From a virus, in the IMG/VR virus record IMGVR_UViG_3300031741_000001, positions 17,828 to 81,827 of that record: a stretch of 64,000 nt of DNA. The stretch is one strand, 5' to 3'. Below are positions 27,509-35,964 of this stretch, in pieces. Numbering within the stretch: position 1 is the first letter of the stretch; each line of letters opens with the position of its first letter. The position numbers were made by a program, and so were the translations under genes. Below the pieces are notes generated by a model. The model was given only the letters and a program-made list of their open reading frames with translations, did no database searches and was not told the DNA's origin.

Positions 27509-30168
27509 TTCAATCCTTTAAATTCGGTTAAGTATCCCTTAACTCCGATTGTTGGTTCTTGTGGTAGTTCGTCTACAGCTATCATAGTTAACGCTATATA
27601 ATCTTTCATATCAGTAGTGACATAATTATAGAAAATGGGGTAAGCGTCTATGAAATTAAAATCTAAATCTCCATTAAAAATTAAATCAAAATCTTTTAAA
27701 TAATTATAAGTTTTAATCTGAGCTAATAGAGCGGTTATATTTGGATCAAAAACTACTGATTTCTCACCGGTCACTATATCTCTAAACACTATCGATAGGA
27801 ATAAACTATATAGTTTATAAGGTCTAGGTATTATAACTTTAGCGGGAATCTTTTTTACTGAAATAAAATAATCACGTAAATAAGATATTCGCTTAGTATC
27901 TGGCAACTGAAGAATACTTTCCTTGAAAAATTCCAAAATATTAGGATTGATAAATGTTCTAGTGCCATAAATAGATCCGATCGGAGAAACTGTATCAGTA
28001 GAAAATAAATTAATAGAATGATTCTGAACTTCAACATTATTTTTAACATCTCCGTTTATAGAAAACATACTTATTTGAGGGTAGTATGCTACTATACTCT
28101 CTAGAGGCAACGTGTCCCTTTCGGTATTGAAAAACCCACCATAGTCGGTGAAATCCTCTGCCCTATATGCATAGAATTCTACTTTATTATCAGTAGGTTT
28201 TAAATAATCCATATTTTGAATAACTGCCTGGGTTGATACTATACTTCCAGATTCCCCTTTCGATATATAGATCTTATAATCTATATCTTTAATTAAAGTT
28301 TTTCCATTCAAAAAACCTAACGTGCAGAATTCTCCTAAGATGGGATACGGCGTTCCGTTATATGCGGTCACTAAGTCAATGACAAATGGATCTTTATCAG
28401 ACGATATATCATTAATATCTAAAGTAAAACTATATAGACCTTTAGAATTTTGTATAATGAATGTTTTCCCTACAGTGTTTTCTGGAAAAGTTACAATATA
28501 ACTAAGCCCGCTAGGTGAGATAGAGAATAACGAATATGGAACATATCCAATATTGGAGGTCTTCTCTATGAGTTGAATGGCTACACTCTCAGAGATCTCT
28601 TCATATACTAAAATATCACCATAAGGAATCACAACAGATAACGATACTGCTTCTGGTTTAAATGCAATAGTATGTATAGATGAATTTAAAAATAACTCAG
28701 TTGCCGACTCGTCGCCGGTAGTGAAGACTACGGAGCTATTTACTTCTGCCACTAAAGAGTTGTCCTTTATCCCGGTTACTGTAATAAGATCGTCGTTTAT
28801 TTTTAATCCGTTGATATAGAACATCAAAGCTAATTTCTCATTTCTGAAAAATGTAGGTATCGGAACAACTATCTCATGCGATAGCCCTTCAGGTATAGTC
28901 CCTCTCACAATACTTTCGCTAAGTAGCGAAATGCTATTAAGAACTCCCAACTCTTTAAAATAATCAGCTGGTATTGTTTTTCCATATTCCTCTATATTGA
29001 AAGGAACATTATTCACCATTTGAACATATAGAGATTCTTCTAAAGAAGATCCTTTCCAGAAAGATAGATTAGGATATTGTTTAGTTAAAGCTTCCGAAAT
29101 GAATTTTAAAATTATCTCATCACTCTGAGTGTATAGCAGATCCATATAGTAGCTATTTCTAACTAGATAGTTAACTTGACCATGATCTCTACAGATAACA
29201 TGTAGAGTAACCTGATCGCATTTTAAATACGCCTTATAACTTTCTATAACATAAATAGGTATAGAGAAATCGTTATGGGTAATCTGAGCTATCGGTACTT
29301 TGGTCTGACACCGATGCATGAATAGACCCTTAAGACTACCTGAAGGTATCCCTACGGGTCTTATAAACACATCACATGTGTTATTAGTAATAACTCTCCC
29401 ATTAGGATTAAGAGCTTTGGGGATGTGGACTATCTGCTTAAAGCAATTATCTTTCGTGCTAAAGAATTGGTAACTATCAGAACTGTCTTGTAAATCGATA
29501 TCAAAAGTGCATATAACATTATTATCTACTAAGGTTTCAACATAATCACCTATTGAGATATCTGTTAGTTTAGTCACTTGAGCCTCGTACCCGTTAAGAT
29601 AGATAGTAGTGGCTTTTAAGCAAGATGCGAATGCTAATTGAAGATCGTTTATTGTTTTAGGATTAAAACAAGATAACGTGGTTTTCCCCGATTCTTTACT
29701 ATCATAGTACGGTGCTATAAAAATACTCTTAGGTAGACTTCCAAAAGGAGCATCGATAGCTTCTATCATAACTTTATCGGCGGCTAGATAATATCCATTA
29801 TTATTAAAATCGTTTGAGATATACATCTCTCCACGATAGAACATCTGACCGTTATCGCCATGGACTCTTAAAATTAAATTACTCAAGGCTAAGAATTTAT
29901 CCATCTCTATCCATTGAGTTTCCGTTTCTACCACAGGACCTTCCATAGCGCTTCTTGGAATATAGTAGAGATAATAAGCTTTTCTATTATTTGGTAATCG
30001 TATAGTGCGGTGATTGACGGTAGCAGAAGATGTAAAGTATCCATAAAAATGAGGAATGATATTATGCCTATATTCGGCAGATGTAGCATTCCAAACTTTC
30101 TGAGTCAAATAGTCATCTAGAGCTATCGATACCGTTGGTATAATATCTATTGGAGTCGTTTCCATCAA
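27505..30168 (-). CDS. large virion structural/baseplate protein (phiKZ gp27-like)
   Basis: 887 aa; VWN, QITHNDFSIP and INGL motifs; synteny. Confidence 0.65.
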   Translation of the reverse strand: MMETTPIDIIPTVSIALDDYLTQKVWNATSAEYRHNIIPHFYGYFTSSATVNHRTIRLPNNRKAYYLYYIPRSAMEGPVVETETQWIEMDKFLALSNLILRVHGDNGQMFYRGEMYISNDFNNNGYYLAADKVMIEAIDAPFGSLPKSIFIAPYYDSKESGKTTLSCFNPKTINDLQLAFASCLKATTIYLNGYEAQVTKLTDISIGDYVETLVDNNVICTFDIDLQDSSDSYQFFSTKDNCFKQIVHIPKALNPNGRVITNNTCDVFIRPVGIPSGSLKGLFMHRCQTKVPIAQITHNDFSIPIYVIESYKAYLKCDQVTLHVICRDHGQVNYLVRNSYYMDLLYTQSDEIILKFISEALTKQYPNLSFWKGSSLEESLYVQMVNNVPFNIEEYGKTIPADYFKELGVLNSISLLSESIVRGTIPEGLSHEIVVPIPTFFRNEKLALMFYINGLKINDDLITVTGIKDNSLVAEVNSSVVFTTGDESATELFLNSSIHTIAFKPEAVSLSVVIPYGDILVYEEISESVAIQLIEKTSNIGYVPYSLFSISPSGLSYIVTFPENTVGKTFIIQNSKGLYSFTLDINDISSDKDPFVIDLVTAYNGTPYPILGEFCTLGFLNGKTLIKDIDYKIYISKGESGSIVSTQAVIQNMDYLKPTDNKVEFYAYRAEDFTDYGGFFNTERDTLPLESIVAYYPQISMFSINGDVKNNVEVQNHSINLFSTDTVSPIGSIYGTRTFINPNILEFFKESILQLPDTKRISYLRDYFISVKKIPAKVIIPRPYKLYSLFLSIVFRDIVTGEKSVVFDPNITALLAQIKTYNYLKDFDLIFNGDLDFNFIDAYPIFYNYVTTDMKDYIALTMIAVDELPQEPTIGVKGYLTEFKGLK

Positions 30169-30197
30169 ATGCTCCCTTTAATTTATAAATTTATATA

Positions 30198-30983
30198 TTA
30201 TCTCTCTGGAGCTCCGAGCACCAGTCTTAGAATTCTATTATTGGAAGTTAATATTTCCATAGTTTGATTGCAAGCTGTTGCGTTCACCCATAGATAATTA
30301 TAGAAATTCTTTTTTAACATTCTCTTTTCTTTAGGGGAATTGTCCGATTTCTTAATGAGTCTTTTAGCATCTCCGAATGTTGTTGGAGCCATATTGAGTG
30401 CTCTTATAGTAGCTTCCCCAAGTTTAATAGAGAGCGGAATGAGCTCTCTTATAGTTCTAGGAGTATATCCTGCTTTCTCTATTGAAATTCTAAAACTCCC
30501 TAATCCAAATTTCCTAAGAAATGTTTTAATTTCTCTGAAGTCTACAGGTCCCTCACTATCGGTATTCTTTCTATTAAGAGGATCAAGTCCAATCTTTTTA
30601 GATAAAACTATTATTCTTTTTAAATTAACTTTAAAAGGATCACTCTTATCAATATGAGATAGTTCTCTGAATTCTTCCAGTAAAACATTAGTATAGAATT
30701 CCACAATATCTAGAGGAATGATAGAAGATTTTTTACTTAAAGATAAATCAATGTCAGACTTGTTTAATGTAAGTCTTTTAAGAAATCTTACAAAGCCCAT
30801 AATCGTTTCTATTTTAGATATTCTACCTTCGTCCGTCGTGTGGATAGTAGCCGTCATGCCCGCGGAGCCATCAAGACCCATTGCTATACCTGGAGTTACT
30901 CCGGTTACTCTTGTCATATTATACGTAAGAACTCTCTCCATGGATGCTTCTTCATTTAAACTATTTTTTAATAAATTATACAT
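30198..30983 (-). CDS. internal head protein paralogue
   Basis: MYNLLKNSL start; SME|R site; IEKAGY motif. Confidence 0.65.
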   Translation of the reverse strand: MYNLLKNSLNEEASMERVLTYNMTRVTGVTPGIAMGLDGSAGMTATIHTTDEGRISKIETIMGFVRFLKRLTLNKSDIDLSLSKKSSIIPLDIVEFYTNVLLEEFRELSHIDKSDPFKVNLKRIIVLSKKIGLDPLNRKNTDSEGPVDFREIKTFLRKFGLGSFRISIEKAGYTPRTIRELIPLSIKLGEATIRALNMAPTTFGDAKRLIKKSDNSPKEKRMLKKNFYNYLWVNATACNQTMEILTSNNRILRLVLGAPER

Positions 30984-31011
30984 ACTTAAATATTTCCTTT
31001 ATTTAAAATAT

Positions 31012-31740
31012 TCATTCTATCCTCAGCGTTTCAAAAATTACTAAAGTTGATGTTAAGACATTCAAAGAGCTAAAGACAGCCATGCTGTAAATCCACTGCA
31101 AATCATTAAGCTTTTCTACAGCTACTTTTTGATCGTATTTAGGCGCTCCTGATTCTTTAATTTTATCTACAGCCTTCCATAGAGACGCTTCATTGATATT
31201 TTTAAAATCTAGTAGTCCTTTACAGAGAGCCATAGTTGATTTTTTTAAAGTCATGAGATTGTTATAATCATATCCTAATTCTGCTATATCTTGTTGATTC
31301 TTTTTAGAACTTCCAAATGCTCTAGAGAAAAGGTTTTTTCTATCGGTTGGAACTTCACTACTTTTTTTAGAAAACTTATTATAAGGATCTTCACCTATCT
31401 TGCATGATAGTTTAGCAATAGTCGTCATCTTCCAACTAAATGGACTTTTAGTAGACATCTTCTTTAGTTCATTTAGAATATTAATAATAGCTGTATTTAG
31501 AAAAGCTATTCTATCTTCAGGTAATCCTCCAGTTTTTCTAGTAGATCGTTTTTCGACATCTTCTTTAGAAACGTTCCATTTTTTAAGAAAATCATATAAT
31601 ACTTGAACAGACTCTAAAGAGTCTACTTTCAATGATCCCATCCAATTAAGTTTTTTTCCGAAACCGCCGTCGGATCCCAGAGTAAGATTTCTTTCCATAG
31701 CAACATCTTCTGCGGGTAAACTGTTTAATATATTGTACAT
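31012..31740 (-). CDS. internal head protein paralogue
   Basis: MYNILNSL start; AME|R site; IAELGY motif; similar to 30198..30983. Confidence 0.65.
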   Translation of the reverse strand: MYNILNSLPAEDVAMERNLTLGSDGGFGKKLNWMGSLKVDSLESVQVLYDFLKKWNVSKEDVEKRSTRKTGGLPEDRIAFLNTAIINILNELKKMSTKSPFSWKMTTIAKLSCKIGEDPYNKFSKKSSEVPTDRKNLFSRAFGSSKKNQQDIAELGYDYNNLMTLKKSTMALCKGLLDFKNINEASLWKAVDKIKESGAPKYDQKVAVEKLNDLQWIYSMAVFSSLNVLTSTLVIFETLRIE

Positions 31741-31750
31741 AATATCTCCT

Positions 31751-32740
31751 TTAGAAGTTAGTTATTTTAAGAGAAGCTGTTAAGGCATCCATATCTTTTT
31801 TAAATCCAGTTTTCTTTATAGTATTAGTTATAGTCGGATTTTTAAATCCTGAAACGTTTTTAAGTAATACGTAAACAAAATATGGAGGGTATGTTAACGC
31901 CAATAGCATGGTCTGATTATCAGAAGCACTCATTGCAAACATCTTAAAGAGGATAGGCAATCCGAAGAACTTCATCCTTGGAGGTCCTGATGTTTTTAAG
32001 AAAGAACATATATTTAAAAGAGTAAGTTCTTTATATTCGTCGTGGAATAAATCCAAACGCCCGTTTATTTCAGATAACGTTCCTAAGAAAGCGCATCTAT
32101 TTAATAGGTATGGAACTTTATCGTTACTTTCTCTACCAAGCATTTTGGCGTAGTATGCAGCGAATAATGTTTGGACTAATCTAAAGTCCTGAAAATCTAA
32201 ATTGAATGTTATCTGTAAAAGTAAAGAGATTATATTACTGTACATTTTAATAACTATAGAAGCTATAGTTGGAGATAACCATCCATTACTCACATCGTAA
32301 GATTTACAAAGAGTAGCTAATACGACAGTATTAAAAAGTCTCATACTATCACTTATTCTAATCTCTTCGGTTCTTAATTGTTTTTTAAAAACATATGGAG
32401 TTATATTGACCCAGGGTTTCTTTAAGTAGTCAGGACATTGCTTAAGAGCTTCTCCATCAATGACTATCTGTTCCATCAGAAGTATTTCAGGTATTGAAAC
32501 AGTTTGAATATCTGAGAAATTCATAAAGTATATCTTATCCAATTTCCTATCTAAAACTATCCTATTGAAAATATCAGTAAGTGGAGTACTCGATAGAGTT
32601 CTAGCTGCTGCTATTATATTAAGCCCTATAGATCCTACTGTTATTTCCGGTTTAAATTTAATAAGAAACGGAATAGCTTTCTGCGCTTGGGTCTGTAGAT
32701 CTGTCGCTTTCGCGTATTGGCTATTGAAAATAGTTTCCAT
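31751..32740 (-). CDS. virion structural protein (phiKZ gp28-like by synteny)
   Basis: 329 aa, divergent from the sheath gene, ALTYPPYF motif. Confidence 0.6.
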   Translation of the reverse strand: METIFNSQYAKATDLQTQAQKAIPFLIKFKPEITVGSIGLNIIAAARTLSSTPLTDIFNRIVLDRKLDKIYFMNFSDIQTVSIPEILLMEQIVIDGEALKQCPDYLKKPWVNITPYVFKKQLRTEEIRISDSMRLFNTVVLATLCKSYDVSNGWLSPTIASIVIKMYSNIISLLLQITFNLDFQDFRLVQTLFAAYYAKMLGRESNDKVPYLLNRCAFLGTLSEINGRLDLFHDEYKELTLLNICSFLKTSGPPRMKFFGLPILFKMFAMSASDNQTMLLALTYPPYFVYVLLKNVSGFKNPTITNTIKKTGFKKDMDALTASLKITNF

Positions 32741-32780
32741 TTTGCCTCATTTCTATTGTTTTAATTTAGGTTTCTCTTTA

Positions 32781-32845
32781 TATAGAATAGTTTATTAGAA
32801 TCTCTCTTAAGGTTAATAGTAGCTTATTAATCTCACCATATTATA
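32781..32845. promoter_or_regulatory. divergent late-type promoters (ACTATTCTATA on minus; ACCATATTATA on plus)
   Basis: The same 11-nt pattern recurs upstream of many late genes. Confidence 0.55.
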
Positions 32846-32892
32846 TATAGAAAACCATTTAAGTTAATATCACATTATCTAAGGAGGATAAA

Positions 32893-35025
32893 ATGATCAT
32901 TAAGCCTTATCCGCATGTAGACATAAACGTGGAGGATGAAACCGACGTGGAGGTTTTTCAAACCGCGTTTGAACCTCTAGCTAAGGAATTAATTTTCCTG
33001 AAATCTGAAATGGGAATACCCTTTGAACCTGTCTGGTGCGAAACTTTTAATGTTGCGCAAAAGAAATTCGGTGCAGGGACTTTCGACGTAACGAATAAAA
33101 CTTACTTCTCACAAGCAGCTTACTTCGCTAATACTATCTTCCAGAACAATGGAGCTTTCGTCTGTAGAATATCTCCGTTCGGTATCCCGATCCCAAAAAC
33201 CCAGACCGGTAAGACAACCCCTATGGTTTTAGCTACTCAAGCTTTTATGATTCTAGAAGTTTATTACAGACCAACAACTATCGTTATCCCTCCAGCCGAT
33301 CCTAGTGAGATTCCAGCCACTCCTGCTGTACCTAACGGAGTTGAATTGTTTTGGAATTGTAGGACAACTTTTGAAACTGGTGAAACCATAGCGGATATTA
33401 AGAAAATAAAATCAAGATCTGTACCGAGTACTGGAACCGATAAAACAGCATGGACCGTTTTACCGATTGTTTCATTTTTGGAAGACACTCCAGGAGCTTG
33501 GGGAAACAATACTGGATTTCAACTATTTTACAATTCAGATTTTAATGATCCTGCTTTTGTTCAACGTCCTACTATTAATTCTCTACTATTATCGTTTGCT
33601 CCAGTTCAGAAACCATCAGGAAGTACAAATCTAGTTTCAATATTCAATAAGTATTCTAGTAAAGTTAATAATTTTGCAATAGCTCCAGATGTAACAAATC
33701 TGGCTACTCAAAGAAAAATTTCTGGTAAAGAACTATTAGCTAATAACTTTAGTGGCGATTGGGCTCTCCCTTACTCTCCGTTCTTCTACAGTTCGAATTA
33801 TGCAGAAATAGGCGAAGCTATTATAAAATACGAATATCCTCCTCCTGCTGACCCAGCAGCTGTCCTTCCAGTTTATACTATAACTACTGGATATCTTATA
33901 AATCTTTTAAGTCTTAAAGACTTAAATAATGTTCCTTATACTAAAGCCGTTTTCTATACTCCATCTACCGATCCTACAACTCCAGTTACTACATTACCAA
34001 CACCTGCTCAGATGGCAGACGGGGTTAGTCACTTATTAGCTGGCGGACTCGATGGAAGTATCGATGATACCACAATTGAAAGTTTAATTCAAAACTGGTT
34101 AGCTGTTAGTATTAATCCTAAAATAACTGATGTGCCTAGATTCCCATTTACCCACATCACTGATCCTGGTTATAATATTCTAACTAAGAAAGCAATCATA
34201 GCTTTCCAAACTACAAGAAAGCAAGTTAAGAGTATTATATCAACTCAGCAAGTTACCACTGCTAGTTTCGCTAACTCTCCTGCTAACACAACTATCAATA
34301 CTATAGCAGAGGACGAGTCAATCGGCGAAGCTCTAAGAGCATACGCTTTACTTCAAAGAGAGTCTATTATTAAAGGCACCAGTAGCTGTAGAACAACTAT
34401 TTTTATGCAGTGCGGTATTGTGAACAATCAGTTATACACCGATTATTTACCAGCAACTTTATGGGCTGCTACTAAAAGAGCTCAATATGAAAATAGAGAT
34501 TTTATTAATCAATTTCCAAACGCTCTACCTAACGCTAACGTTGGTATTTTTACAAGTGTGAACTGGACTCCTAATAACGCTCAAGAAAAAGAAATGAGTT
34601 GGAATGCCGGATTGAACTATTTCCAATTTTATGATCAGAAGCGCATTCATTATGCTGCAATTCGCTCAGTATACCCTTACGATAGTAGTGTTCTAGTAGA
34701 TGATTCTTTCACTGATATTATCGTTTTCACTAAATACAAAATAATAACATGTTGGGCGATATTCTCAGGTATCAAATTACCAGCAGCAGAATTGCATCAG
34801 CAAATAGAAAACGAATTAACAGAATCATTAAATGCAATGTATAATGGAAAAGTCAACTTCACAGTTCTGGCTTACCAAAATGCTATAGAAAAACAACTAG
34901 GGTATGTGACTCATGTTACTGTCAACATCTACGACACTACAAGTAATAGAGTTTGGGAAGTAGACATTGTCTGTAAACCTTTAAGTGCTCTAAATGCTCA
35001 ATCCACTGGCGTGTCAACAACTTAA
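32893..35025 (+). CDS. tail sheath protein (phiKZ gp29-like)
   Basis: 710 aa; FG..TFD, LAGG.DG, D.GY...TK and SVY..D.SVL motifs; followed by the tube gene. Confidence 0.85.
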   Translation: MIIKPYPHVDINVEDETDVEVFQTAFEPLAKELIFLKSEMGIPFEPVWCETFNVAQKKFGAGTFDVTNKTYFSQAAYFANTIFQNNGAFVCRISPFGIPIPKTQTGKTTPMVLATQAFMILEVYYRPTTIVIPPADPSEIPATPAVPNGVELFWNCRTTFETGETIADIKKIKSRSVPSTGTDKTAWTVLPIVSFLEDTPGAWGNNTGFQLFYNSDFNDPAFVQRPTINSLLLSFAPVQKPSGSTNLVSIFNKYSSKVNNFAIAPDVTNLATQRKISGKELLANNFSGDWALPYSPFFYSSNYAEIGEAIIKYEYPPPADPAAVLPVYTITTGYLINLLSLKDLNNVPYTKAVFYTPSTDPTTPVTTLPTPAQMADGVSHLLAGGLDGSIDDTTIESLIQNWLAVSINPKITDVPRFPFTHITDPGYNILTKKAIIAFQTTRKQVKSIISTQQVTTASFANSPANTTINTIAEDESIGEALRAYALLQRESIIKGTSSCRTTIFMQCGIVNNQLYTDYLPATLWAATKRAQYENRDFINQFPNALPNANVGIFTSVNWTPNNAQEKEMSWNAGLNYFQFYDQKRIHYAAIRSVYPYDSSVLVDDSFTDIIVFTKYKIITCWAIFSGIKLPAAELHQQIENELTESLNAMYNGKVNFTVLAYQNAIEKQLGYVTHVTVNIYDTTSNRVWEVDIVCKPLSALNAQSTGVSTT

Positions 35026-35045
35026 AATAGATAAGAGAGGAAATT

Positions 35046-35897
35046 ATGTCAGGAACAAATAACAATTTTATTTCGAATGCTTCTATTTTTGGTGGCGGTG
35101 CCGGGATTACCGTAGCCAATATGGAAGTGGGAGCTCAGTTAGGGGTTGGGATACAACCTAAGAATTTAGATGCTGCTACTCCACTTCTTTTTACACCCAC
35201 AGTGATCGTTGTAATGCAACTACCGACAATGTATAACGATGCTAAGTATTTACCTTTAACTAAAATGATTAAAGCTTTATTGGAAGGTTGCGCCAAGTCA
35301 GTCACCGGTATAGATTTTGAGTATACTCTTGAAACTCTAGATCAACCTGCCGGTAATGATGGTCAGAACCTTAAAATTCCATCAAAGACTAAAAGATCTG
35401 AAGTTACTCCTACTTTCACTATCCCTGAAGTGACAGGTAATTTAGTGTGGAACATTTTCACGCAATGGACTAACGATGCTCAGAATGCTGATACTAACGC
35501 TTCTATGGCAACTATTGATAAACCTGGAACGTTTACCATGTCAGCCTACTCGATGAGTATGATGGCTATCCAATTCGATCCTACAATGATTCCTGAGAAT
35601 ATAGTAGCATCTGCTTACTATACTGGAATGTTCCCAACAAGTCCAGGTGGAACACTCGGGTTAGAAAGACAAATTGCAACTCCAAAAGTGATGGATAGGG
35701 ATGTTGTATTTAGCGGATTAGTAATGCATAATCAATATATTCACAAATTGGGTATTCAAATAGCAAAGATTCTTCAATTAAGAAAAGCTGTTTATCTCAA
35801 TGAAAGAACTGGAGTTACTAGTATTAACTCAGCAATAGCGAATGCTGGACTTGTTGAACAAGTTAAAGCAGTCATCGCTAATCAAGGAACGACCTAA
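35046..35897 (+). CDS. tail tube protein (phiKZ gp30-like)
   Basis: KALLE...KS.TG.D, P.F...E..G and .MFP motifs; directly follows the sheath. Confidence 0.8.
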   Translation: MSGTNNNFISNASIFGGGAGITVANMEVGAQLGVGIQPKNLDAATPLLFTPTVIVVMQLPTMYNDAKYLPLTKMIKALLEGCAKSVTGIDFEYTLETLDQPAGNDGQNLKIPSKTKRSEVTPTFTIPEVTGNLVWNIFTQWTNDAQNADTNASMATIDKPGTFTMSAYSMSMMAIQFDPTMIPENIVASAYYTGMFPTSPGGTLGLERQIATPKVMDRDVVFSGLVMHNQYIHKLGIQIAKILQLRKAVYLNERTGVTSINSAIANAGLVEQVKAVIANQGTT

Positions 35898-35904
35898 AAA
35901 AAAT

Positions 35905-35943
35905 AACTCAACTTCTCTCGTTCTGAACGAGAGAAGTTGAGTT
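35905..35943. terminator. bidirectional terminator between tube and portal
   Basis: Near-perfect 39-nt palindrome with A and T tracts on either side. Confidence 0.85.
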
Positions 35944-35964
35944 TTAGCTTTTACTATTCTACTA

